DNA of 62,591 nt, counting the filler, from Platydemus manokwari (lineage: Eukaryota): NCBI GenBank assembly GCA_037951405.1. It is 6 parts of 6 records of this genome, joined end to end, with 100 filler letters (N's around TTAATTAATTAA, not from the genome) between each part and the next. Parts side by side here need not be neighbours in the genome. Positions count along the whole stretch, not along the records: positions 1 to 11,962 come from JBBMOY010375555.1; 5 more parts are not named here. The stretch is one strand, 5' to 3'. A model generated the notes under the pieces. That model had not been told where the DNA came from. It saw only the letters and a list, made by a program, of their open reading frames with translations, and made no database searches. Positions 1 through 12,062 of the stretch are shown here, one piece after another (within the stretch, counting starts at the first letter, position 1; each line of letters starts with the position of its first letter). Both the position numbers and the translations under genes were made by a program.

Positions 1-3000
1 GCTTCGAGTATGAACTCAGTTATTTATTTGTTGATTATACGATAATAAAATTATTTATTGGTGTAAACGAATTTTTATTTGATTAAAATATTCCTTGTCC
101 GGTTTCAATACAAACAACAATTAATAGGTTTTAAAAAATTATTTATTTAAAATATCGGGGTACGTTTGGGATAATTTTCTTATTCTCAAAATAAAATATC
201 CATTGCAAGGATTCTCTGGGAGGAATTTTTATTGAATCCAATAAATTGATGAGGGAATTCAAAATTAACATTGCTTTTGTTAGGTTTAATAAAGTATAAG
301 ATTGCAAATTTTAGCTTTACCAAAAGGTACTGATCAGCATTTACATCAACAGCTCCAAAATTCATCAAAAATGCTACAAAAATCAAATACAAAAATGTCA
401 TATTACTTGGCTTCCAACTACCAGTTAGTCATCTTTACATCAGTACTTATACGTGAAATTTGTGTATCACGTTTTGATTTGTTATTTGGTTTCTCAAATT
501 TAAATTGGATTTATCAATTTTCTAAGATTTGTATTTATATTGCACAACGAGTGACATCTTGGCAGAGACTGCCAGTCTATCTTTGTCAGTAACTTTGCCT
601 ACTGCGATTTGACAATGTTCTTTAGCTCTTAGCGAATTCAAATTCAAGAGAACTTTGTGACTATAATTTTTCGAGTGTATTTTGGAGTTAAATTTTCAGT
701 GCACATTCCCTCACCATACTTCCTCACGATCATATTTCATATTGAACACGATCCTCACTATTTATAAGGTTGTTTGTTTGTTTTGTTTTATTTTAACTGC
801 CTACATTTTTAAAACTTATTTTCGGACCAATCACAAGCACACAAAATTAAAATCTAAAATAAAAAAATTCCATGCACACACAAAATTTGAATTCAAAACC
901 AAAAATTCATAAATAATCTTTAAAACTCTTCGCAACTGATTCGAATCTTTCAGAAAGAATTTTTTTATGAATTCGCAAATTTTGTTTCCAAACTAGTTTT
1001 TGAAATGCGTTTTTTTTTATTTCGACAAAGACAATTGGAGTCAGATGAAAAAATGGTCAGCTTAGAAAAAATAATGTCAATAAAATCAACAATATAACCA
1101 ATATCGATACAGTATCAGCTTCATTTATTACTTTGTTCTCCAGAAGAGATCTTAAAAAGTCGCGCAATAACTAGAAATTACTAAATATACTTTTATATTT
1201 AAATAAAAATGAAAAACAAAGAACTTTTTATATAAATGATAAAAATAATCTTTGTAAATAATGATGTAACAAAGGGAAATTGATATGTAATTGATAATGT
1301 TTTCTATATCGTGATTTAAAATATAAGATTTTGTATCAGGTGTTTGTTAGTTATTTTCCCGGGTATACAAATCCAAAGTCTGAAATAATGAAATCACATA
1401 ACGAAAGAAAAAAAAATCAAATTATCTCATACCTAGTTCTAGGACGAAAGTATTAGTGATTGATGGAGAAATTTGTTTTCAATAAAGAGAATAAAATTTC
1501 TATGACGAAAACGCATATTATGATAAAATAATTCCGTATTTTTCAGACAATTTCTTCAGTAAATCTATTTTATTAATAAAGTTATTTAAGATAAAACCTT
1601 GAATTAAAACATTAAACATGGGAAATTTCTTGGAAAAGAAATCCTTAGAGAAGAATATTCATGCCCCAAGATATTAAATTAAATTATTATTTTATTATTA
1701 ATATAATATTAGTTTGACGGATCGAATATTGAGAGGTGGAACATTATTTGCATTCGACATTGGTCCTAATTTCAGACAATTTTGATATAGCCTGCATATG
1801 TTGTTTCTAATGTCATTATAAATCGATCTTCAATAAAATTTCTTTTCCTAGTGAATCTAACTTTAGGAGTAAGAGTGAAAATAGAAAATTTAATTAAATC
1901 ACAACATACTGCTATTAATATGATTAGAATTATTATTAATGTTATTTTTTATAAAATTATTATAACAAATATTATTATTGTTAGCATTGTTGTAAAGAAA
2001 TATATTCTGAATGTATTTTTAAAAATTTAACAAAAGAAATTAAAAAAATTGCATTGCATAAAAATAGTTTTGTGAATAATGAAAGACAAAAGAGAGAACA
2101 AAGAAGCATTATAAAAATTTAACAAAGATTCTTACTTGTATTTCTCGAGAAATAATTTAAGAAGCTATGCTGGCATATGAGAAAATTCTTCTAAAATTTT
2201 TTCAATAAATATACTGCTGAGATTCACAAAAAAATGACAAAATTAAAATAATCGGTAAAGTAACCTCTGGAATAATATTTGAGAATTAGAAATGCAAATT
2301 AATTATATGAAAGTGGAATAATTTACAAATCAATGAAAATATAAAGGGCAGCAAAAAATTTTAAAAAAAAAAGTCAAAGTAATTGCGAGTATTCATTATG
2401 AATTAAAATTTAAAAAAATTTGAAAATCCGAATTTTATGAAATATTAATTGGTTTGAATAATTGTTATCAAAATATAATATGATGTCGTGACTTTTCAGT
2501 TCGTCTTTAATGCGTGATTTACAAAGTAGTAGCGGCTTACAGTATTAACGAAAATTTCAAATCAAATAATAAGAATAAAATAAATAAATATCAAAAAATA
2601 ATAAGAGAAAATCCAAAATATTAAAAATCTAAGCAATTTATGAAATATTTAATGATTCTAATTTTACATCAAACGCCGGCAAATAACAACCAGTAATAAA
2701 ATTAGAATGAAGGCAAACTCATAGGAATCTTAAAATAAAATTTCGCCATCAATCACATTTCCAAACATTGCTTATGAGGAAACAAAAACTCAAAAACTTC
2801 AATGTAGAAGTAAAATTTATATATTTTGTTGAAAATCTTTTGTTGAGAATTTTGAAAATGATGATAAAATATAAAAAAACTGCCCATTATAATTTGGTTA
2901 TTGATTTGAACAAAAGGATTCCTTTTTAACAGAAAAAAATTGATTTGCCAACGAAAACTTTTTTTGCATAAATTTCCGAAATGCTTATTTGCCACTGGGA

Positions 3001-3869
3001 ACAGTATTTTGGGGAATTAGTTGAATGACAATTTGTCAGTAGTAAAATATTGTAATTATGATTTAGATGACAACAAACGAAGTCAAGATAAAGAATCATT
3101 AAAGGACAAAACATTCCACTGATGAATTGGTGGTTAAATTGATTTCAGCTTGTTTAAATGATTCGATTTATGCTTTAAAGGCTGATTTAAGATATTGTTA
3201 ATTAGAATTATTATTTCTATTTTATGGAGATTTTTCAATGAATTACCATCGAGAAATTGAATTGATTGAGATTTATCTGATTTGTGGCAGATTTCACTGA
3301 TTTAGTTTCATGAATACCAAAAATGTTTCTCTCATAGCGTTCGGATTTTTACAAAACGGTTTTTTATACTCATTAATATGCTGGTTTTGAACTTATTGCT
3401 CTATAATCTTTGATCCAATGAATTGAAGCCCAAGACTGATTTTGACAAAACCATTTACTTTTTAGCGTTACGCAGTTGTTATATTGGGATATCCCTCACA
3501 AATATAAAATCAATTTTAATCCTGCAAACAACAATTAGTTGAAATATAGATATAGGGAATCTCAAATTTCGATATACCATAATTCATAACATAAAGTAAA
3601 ATATAAATGTATTACAGAACGATAATTTGCTTGAATATTTTGGCTAAATATGCTTTTGCGCCCAGAAGCTTTTAGATTCGTTTTTGGTTCAAATTTTATG
3701 AAATATTAATAAGCAACATTGCAACCATGCTTTTGGATTTGATTCTGAGAAGAACAATGTCAAAAAAGCATATAAGATAAATAATATGATGATGGAAAAT
3801 GTAAAGAACATATAATATATAGAGAATATTTAAAATATATAAAATGCATAAAAATGAAAGATATAGAAA

Positions 3870-4406
3870 TGTTGGGTATTAATGAACAATTAGATCTCAA
3901 AATTATATTACCAAAATCGTTACAATCTTAATCACAACAACTACAATTAAATATATTTATTATCAAAGCTGGTTTATCATACAAGATGAAATCAACACCC
4001 AAACTCAAATACAGAATAGAAAGTAACCAAAAAAACTGGTTTCTGAAAATCACAGAAAGTTAAGATTAATACACAAGTTACCGACCAAACAAGACTGACA
4101 GTTACTCATGGAACTCAACCTCTTTCATATACCTATTTGGTGTGTCTGCTTGATATAAGAGGTATTCGTTTTCCATTTGCGGAATTTGTTCTTAGGTCGG
4201 TCTGCTTACTATTTGCAGATATTTGAGCTTGATGCCTTTTTTAGGTATGTGCCAGTCGATTCTTAGCTTCTAAATGTAGATTAATATTAAATTAATCTGA
4301 TTGACTGATGGCACAAGTGCTTATTTGATCTGTGTGTGTCGACTCCTTTGAGAATTATTTCCTTTGTTCCTGCATTCATTTTGATTGATTTGTGATTTAC
4401 CCAACA
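3870..4406. mobile_element. Solo LTR (537 bp)
   Basis: Begins TGTTGGGTA and ends TACCCAACA, a perfect 9-bp terminal inverted repeat with TG...CA ends. Flanked by a 4-bp direct repeat GAAA (3866-3869 and 4407-4410). No internal coding sequence. Confidence 0.7.
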
Positions 4407-5100
4407 GAAAAAATGGAACTTTTGAGAATTTTATATAGACTATTAGCCAAACATATTATGATGTGCATGTTTTAAAATGGGTTTTTATTTGTTCGTAAGG
4501 CACGTGTGCATACTAACACCAGAGTCTGTGTATCGAGGCTTTAAAATGATTTTTTGAGATTTATTTGAGATTAAGTTTTTGCGATTGACTTCCTCTACCT
4601 CAAACACAAGCTAGATATCATCTTGGTATTTATTGAGAATATAATAATAATAATAGAATGATCTACCTTTGAAAAATGGTGGTTTAAAGTTTATAATTAT
4701 TTTTCTATTTAAAATTCTTGCAAATCTTCCCATCCAAGTCACAATAAAAAAGCTTCAAAATTTCAAAAATATTTTAATATACAATTAAAAAAATCTGCAA
4801 AATAATTATTTTTCTTCTTCACAAACATTTATTATCAATTTCAGTAAAAATTATCTTCCGAATATACAAAATTCGTTGACTTCCTCAAATTATATTATAA
4901 ATAGTGAAAATCACTGTTGGCATATATGAATGCAATTCGAGCAAAAGAAATCACCCGTGCAGTCTGATAAATTGTTCTCCGCTATAATCACTAATTTTAT
5001 GACAAAGGCACGTAAAGATTTTTCTATTTATATTAGTTGATAAAAAAAAGATAAATAATTTTATCTGTATTCGCTGTTGTAGACCCACGGACCATGCTTC

Positions 5101-5126
5101 ATATATATATATATATATATATATAT
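5101..5126. repeat. (AT)n microsatellite
   Basis: Uninterrupted atatat run. Confidence 0.95.
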
Positions 5127-7453
5127 GAACTAAATTGCTTTGGTACCAAATTACCTTGGTGCCAAATAGAGGTCTAAATTATGTTTCGGTTAAAAGAGTA
5201 GGAGTCGCATCACTTCCCTATGAAATTCGCCAATCATATTTCATATTATAGATATAATAGTTAATATAGTTAATTTATATTATCGATAATATATAATCTG
5301 GTATATGTGATGTCATTCTGTCGAATCATTTTTTGATGATGAATTTATTCTCATTTGGATCTTATTAATAAAATTCTTGTGAATTTGTTAAGATAATTAA
5401 CAGAATTAATCGATCGATCGATGATATAATTAATAATTTTAAATTTAAAATATTCAAAAATAAAATCTTATTTACAAGTATTTAGAATTAAAAATAATTT
5501 TCTTATGAAAATTTACGCAGATATGAGTCCAACCCCGAATTTCTTTTAGTTAATTTAGTTATAAATTAAAACTAAATCTCACAAATTCAGGTTAAATATA
5601 AGCTAAGAATCTCCTTCTGATTGTACAACAAACATTCATAACTGAAACCATTGCTTTTACTTAAATAAAGCAACAACAACTCCACTAATAGTGCTACTGA
5701 TTTTACACAATGTAACGCTCTACTGTTAAAATCTTGCAACTACACTTGCTTCAGGAAAATACCGTAAATTGCAAATTATTATTCTAACTTAAATTTTTGT
5801 TCTTATTAGAAATGACAAATTTGGACCCTCCTAACATTTCGGTTTCGACATGATCTTTTGAAAATCCAAACATGCTTTTCTTTAGATCAAGCTAAATCCA
5901 GTTTATTTTGACAGTCTGAAATTAGTGAAAAATTGTTCCAGTATATCCAATAATCATTAAGAATAAAATTAGTTTCAGGAGTACATATTTGGAAAAGCTC
6001 ATCTGACGTTCAGCTGATCTGCAACGAGGATTCAATGTATATAAATCTTCTTGTTTCATTAAAATATCACAATTATAATCGTATTTCACGAATTCATTTA
6101 GACATGAGAAGCATTTATAATAGCTTTGACATTTTTATTAAAAACAAATCGATAAAATCAATAATTCAAATTTATGATATAATTCTTATCAAGCTAAATA
6201 TTTCATATTTTATCAGATAATATAATTAATACATAATTAATATATAATTAATTATTAAAGATATTTAAACCGTACCTGATAGCAACTATCAATATTTTAT
6301 TTATTCCATTGTTATTCATTTTTACATATCTAAATTGATGTATCAAAGCAAATCGAGTTCAATTTTAAACGAGATGCACACTGATTACGATAGGGAAGCT
6401 GAGCTGCAATAGATACAAATCCCAATAGATGTTTGAATATCTAATCTATTCCCAGTTGCATGCTGGTAGCTATTAGTATTTAAAACATTGTATTTTCAAA
6501 TATTCGACTATCTTTCCATCATTTTAAGCCGACTTTACAAGCTACGATCAGACATGGCAATGTTTTACATAGTTGAGCTAGTCAAAAAAGATGTAAATGA
6601 AGACGTTCAGTTATATTTTCCATAATAGATATTCCAGCTTAATCCACATTGTATACATCAACCTGATAAACTCGCTTTGCTCTTCATTGATTGTAAAAGT
6701 TATTATTTAATTAGATAGGATTATAATATAGTCCGGAATTAAGCTTCTTTTGGTATCATTTTGGAGGGTTGATGCTCTACTGTGCTTTAGATTAATATCA
6801 GTTCCTTTACTTGATTATTAATTCACTCCGGCGGAAGTGCATTGGGAAAATTATAGGTTTTCAAATCAACATTCACTGATTGGACTTCTGCTTTCAATCC
6901 AAAGCTGCCAACAGAAAATAACAACCTATCAGATAGGTGTTATTTAAGCTAGTATTTATTTTATTTAATTAAAACAAATAAATATACAGAATATAATTTA
7001 TATAGGGTAACCTAGTGCACACTTTGACACCCTAAAATATGACAATAAAATATCGTTAACATACTTTATAAGAAATTTTTAAATTTGAACATAAATTTTT
7101 ATTTTTGTGTAATTTTGTATCATATTTTTCAACTAGTTATACTAGTTGATAATATGTATTTTATATAATAATTATAATTAATTATATTATAATAATTATT
7201 TTTTAATTAATTATGAGATTGAGCTACAATCATCTATCATACACGGAGCTCAATCTGTAATCCGTTATGAATTTGATTTTCATTCTCCGATGGGATTTAT
7301 TCTTAAGGCAAAAATGCGTCGTAATTTATTGCCTGTCAGTGTTTTAAAATCCTGTCGGGTCCTGCGTGAATTTTAAGCCACAATATAGTAATCCTGAGCT
7401 TTGTATTACTTGATGAATTGTTCCCAAAATTATTATATAAACAATTTGTTATT

Positions 7454-7510
7454 TTCTATATTTCTTTTAGGCCCGGGCACTGATGAGGCCTATGGAAAGC
7501 CGAAATAAAA
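7454..7510 (+). ncRNA. Hammerhead ribozyme motif 1 (type III topology, partly decayed)
   Basis: Core CTGATGA at 7480-7486 and GAAA at 7502-7505. Stem II is GGCCT-atgga-AAGCC (one mismatch). Stem III is TTCTAT/ATAAAA (one mismatch), with an AUA cleavage triplet ending at 7460. Stem I (TTTCT/GGGCA) is weak. Confidence 0.6.
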
Positions 7511-7560
7511 CTACCATCATCATCATTGTAGCTATTGTTCTTGAAGGTTTCGAGGGGTCG

Positions 7561-7616
7561 TCCTATAAATCTCTGAACTGGGATACTGATGAGGCCTATG
7601 GAAGACCGAAATAGGA
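7561..7616 (+). ncRNA. Hammerhead ribozyme motif 2 (type III topology)
   Basis: Stem III TCCTAT/ATAGGA (6 bp), cleavage triplet AUA ending at 7567. Stem I ATCTC-tgaact-GGGAT, with an A.A mismatch next to the core. Core CTGATGA 7586-7592, stem II GGCCT-atgga-AGACC (one mismatch), GAAA 7608-7611. Confidence 0.8.
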
Positions 7617-7650
7617 AGAATTTTCAACAAAAGGTAGCTTATTTATTTAT

Positions 7651-7948
7651 TGTAACTTGACCATTTAATATAGGACAATAGCAGTGAAGAACAAAGAAAA
7701 AACTCCAACAGAAACTCTTAGAAATCTTTTACAAACAAAAATAAAGGCACAAGGCATAGATCAATGCACACAAAACTAACAAAATATATCAAGTGAGTTC
7801 TGAGCAAAGCTTGCTGGTCCTTCTTGATTCGAAAATATTCATTTTTTCGGGTATTGATTCCGTGTGTGATTTGATTTTTGACTGAGACTTATTCTGTAGT
7901 CGCGATTCTGATTTCATATTTTACTGGGTATCCTTGTGATCAATTACA
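7651..7948. mobile_element. Possible short solo LTR
   Basis: TGTAACTTGA...TCAATTACA imperfect terminal inverted repeat with TG...CA ends. Flanks TTTAT/TTTAC (5-bp TSD with one mismatch). Confidence 0.35.
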
Positions 7949-9039
7949 TTTACATTTCAGACAGTGTAAATTAACACGAACAATAATCTAATGCAGGAAT
8001 TGGTGGCAGTGATAATTGTGATTGACACAACGACATTATTAAAACTTCCACAGTAAATGATAACACAAAGAAAATCAAAACCATTGGCTGAGTTAAACAC
8101 CAAGGTTTGATAACCAATGTTATTATAAACTGTATTTTGTGATAAAAACCGATGAAATCAATTAAAGGCGGTAAAAAGATAAATATCGCAACTAATTTTA
8201 ATATGAGTTTAGAATATGTTAAATTTTATACTGTCGAATATAAAACTTCAAAATTTAAAACCGCCTTTGCTTCAATAATCAATCAAATTTTCTCTTTCAA
8301 TTGTAGATGTCTTTGTTGGATGAAATTCGTTCATCTTCCATAGTGGTTGCAACTCCTTAACACGGTTGTGATTAAATCTCCTGGAAAATAATTCAATTTT
8401 TAGATTGATTGAGAATATCGATTTCTTATATTTGAGTTTCAGATATAATTAAAAGGCTGGTTTTTCAATATTACCACGCATCAATAAATCCTAGATTTTC
8501 TTTAAATAAATAATAATTTCTTTCGAAGGGTTATATTAACGAATAGTTGTTTTTGGAAATTCATTAATGATACTCTGTTCAGATACTGATGAGACTTGTG
8601 AAATAAGATTTGAGTCACTTTTATTTAATGTTGTTTTATTCCTAATTTTCTTTCATATTAGAAAACGGACGAAATTTATAATTTAGAAATTAGCCTGTAA
8701 TTGTTTGGAATTAAGAGCAATTCAATTAAATCTTTACTGACTACAAAGACTCGTTAAGAAATTAAGACTCATTAAGAACCTTTTCATTTGACAACACATT
8801 GACAATGATTACTGATAAATTCGTTGTGGTATAATATATCTTTTATTATCGATTTTTGTCTTTCTAAGGTTCCTTGGTGGCCATAGTAAAGAGATCTATT
8901 AAAATTTTTTTTGATAGATATGTATTTAATTTCAGGTTCATCAATGGCTGATTCTGAAATTTTAGAAATCTATAAAATCAGATTTAAGGTTGATATATGT
9001 GTATAAGGCTGTTCAATAGAGACGAAATCTTGCAAAAGA

Positions 9040-9479
9040 AAAATGGTTTGACATGTTGGAACCCTTGTTTTAATACTTAAGCATTTGTAATTGCAGAACC
9101 ACACAGCCATGGCAATCAACCAATCAACAGATGGCTTAGATGGAAAACGATAATTTGAAAAGTGGAAATAGCCACACAGCAATACACACACAGGGATTGA
9201 CCAATCTCGCATAGAAAAAAACCAAAAAAGCCAATAGAAACATGAGAAATAAAAAATCAAATGAAAATGTGGTATAAACGTTATAAAAAAATTGTGCACA
9301 GATTTCGAATATAAATACTGATATAAAGGTGGAAAACTGACACTTGAAAGTTAGGTTTTGGTTGTAATTTTCAAATACTGTGCTAAGTTTTAAAGTCGTA
9401 CTGATTAGTACGTGTTGTGGAAATAAAATTTGCAACCTTCGATTTTTGGTGTCAGCAATTATTTCGTGAATCCAGAATT
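9040..9479. repeat. Dispersed repeat, copy 1 (copy 2 in opposite orientation at about 51739-52205)
   Basis: The reverse complement of this segment (e.g. AAATAATTGCTGACACCAAAAATCGAAGGTTGCA) aligns with AAATAATTACTGACACCAAAAATCGAAGGTTGCA from 51752. Diverged similarity continues for about 450 bp. Confidence 0.8.
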
Positions 9480-10055
9480 TAGAAATAACGGAGCTTTTAA
9501 CCTTTTCAAAAAATTTCTGAACAGCAATTTTATTTCATGTAGCGTTAGTAGCGATGTTTTATTTTTTTAATAACATTACAACAGATAAATATTATGGCAA
9601 TAATAATTTTATAATCATTATTTTTTGTATTCATTATATTAACTCCATAAGAAGCAAAACAAATTATTCTTTGTTTTTAAATTAGTCTGCACTTTTAATG
9701 TCAATGTAAATGCCATTAGTAGAATCGCTGTAATTATTCTCACTCGGGGTATAAATGAAAGATTAATAATTTTATTACCCATATTGATAATGTGCATTAT
9801 AAAAGGAAATATTAAATCTACATTGAAACCGAGTTGTAACAAACACTTTTGCCTTGTAAACCCAAAATTGAACAACAAATATCACTCTTTGAAATTGGTT
9901 TTCTCAAGAAACAAGAAATCAATTAAGCTAACAGTGACCTTAAAATAATAATGATAATAGATAAAATTAATAAATCCATAAAAAACAGATATAAAGATCA
10001 TATTCTAAGTAAATTAACGTGATGAAACTTAATAATTCCTTATTATGATCTATAT

Positions 10056-10552
10056 CAGTGATTTCCAAACTTTTCGGGCGTATCACCCCCTTTTCAGAAT
10101 AAATGTTACTTAGCGCCTCCAAACTAACCCTAACTAAATTTTTTAACTTTTAGCAGCAATTTATAAAAAAATTTATCGTTTGTTACTTAATTTTAACTTC
10201 TCTTAATATCACAACAAACTAACCTTTCTTTTAGTTTTATTTCAGTTAATCATTAGAGGGAATCGCAGAAATCCTACCACTCTACTACCAGACTTCGGCG
10301 TTGCAAGCGACAAAGCACACAAGCAGTAGCATTGAACATATACTTCAATAAAAATTAGTGAGAACGTACAGTACGTTGTTTAAAGACAAATTAAGCATTT
10401 TGAGCAAACGAGATACATCAAAATTTTTAATAATCATTTTCTTACATTCTTATAGTATTATCACCCCCAAAATGAGCTTGTATTCACCACCAACCCTCTG
10501 AATCCCTGCAGCGCCTAGCTGGGGGCGGTAGCGCCCACTATGGGAATCACTG
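10056..10552. mobile_element. Non-autonomous hAT (Charlie/Buster-type) element, 497 bp
   Basis: Terminal inverted repeats CAGTGATTTCCAAA and (reverse complement) CAGTGATTCCCATA. 8-bp TSD ATCTATAT/ATCTACAT, resembling the NTCTAGAN target preference of Charlie/Buster hAT elements. Confidence 0.88.
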
Positions 10553-11962
10553 ATCTACATGATGAAAGTTTTCGAGACATGTATTCTGCGGACTGTTTTC
10601 GTTACCCCAAAATGCGGTATCAATATTAAAGAAATGATAATATATGTTGTTAATAATTTCGATTATTAAACTCGAATTCATTTTCAGACAGACTTCGCAA
10701 TTTATTAAGAATCTAAAAACTTAAAAAATTATATTTTTAATATTATAAAATTTTTTCCCCAGGTATTTAAAGTAATAACCATTCCGATCAATTTCTTTAG
10801 CCAATTTATTCTTTAACCCTAATTTGGTATGGAATGATAGTGAATGCATTTGTTTTGAATCTAAAACAGCAAACTGAATTAAGTTTTTATGCTCAGAAGT
10901 TAAAGAATTTCTATTTATACAGTCCTTACCAAAAAAGTGATTTTAATATCTCTACTTATTTACTCTCAATAAAACAACATAATTTTGTAAAATCAAGTTG
11001 CAGACCTAGTAAAAGAGCAATGACTCTTGAATCACAGCAGATATTCCATTCATAATCTTTATAAATAATTTTATCGTGGAAATGTCACATATTGCCATAA
11101 ATTTATAATTATGTTTGTAACATGAGCAGCAGGAATTGTGTAAACAAATGTTTTCAAATTGATTATAGAAAAATCTATAGATAAACTTTCTTCAGTATGA
11201 TATTTCTAATTAAAGGTTTTATAATAGACTCAAGATCATTAGACAAAACAATATCATCTTAACATGACAAGCATATCGTTATATTATCATGTCGGTTTCG
11301 AAAAATGTGATAGAAAACCTAAAACCAGATCTAAATAAAGTGCAAAAACATTTATGAGGATAAATTGTAATGATGTGAGATAGATTTACTGGAAATAATA
11401 GACAACCTTACATTATAAAGTGCAAAAAGTTTATTTTGAATAAAATTGCAATGCAATCACAAATTTTTCATTTGATAATACTCATTCTCTAAAAATTTCT
11501 CAAGAGAAGTTCAGTGTTTTGTCGTCCTACAATAAGGCCTTCTTATTAAGGGCTTCTTATTATGTAATTTCCCAAAAACTAGGTAATGTTCTCATAATAA
11601 AGGAACGTTAATTATTTATATTTGAATTTCTTAATGAGTCATTTCATTTGGATCATTTAATTGGATCAATTCTAGAACTGCATGATTATGCCTGTGTATA
11701 TCATTCAAGGTTTGAACAAATTGTTTGATGTGCATGTGTATTTGGTTTGTTGAACCTGGAAACATGAATGAAAAGGTTTGGAAATTAACTTCATAAAATA
11801 TAAATAAATAATGAAAATATTATTAAAATATTAATTTATATTATTAGTTTATTTCAACATTAATTATCTCAACTTCTGGTTTGCATTGACACAATAAATT
11901 ATTGATTATAATAAAATTTTTCTCCTTTTAATGTGTCACTTGAGAGATATTTTTTCTATCTC

Positions 11963-12062
11963 NNNNNNNNNNNNNNNNNNNNNNNNNNNNNNNNNNNNNN
12001 NNNNNNTTAATTAATTAANNNNNNNNNNNNNNNNNNNNNNNNNNNNNNNNNNNNNNNNNNNN
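11963..12062. other. Artificial contig linker (N44-TTAATTAATTAA-N44)
   Basis: 100-bp N run carrying a six-frame stop spacer; identical at five places. Confidence 0.97.

Noticed and set aside
6760-6920. LINE RT-like peptide STFTDWTSAFN
   Set aside because: A single weak motif among stops; flanking RT motifs are not convincingly present.
8570-8620. Third hammerhead-like string GATACTGATGAGACTTGTGAAATAAG
   Set aside because: CTGATGA and GAAA are present, but no convincing stem II or III or NUH pairing can be drawn in any topology. At best a heavily decayed relic.
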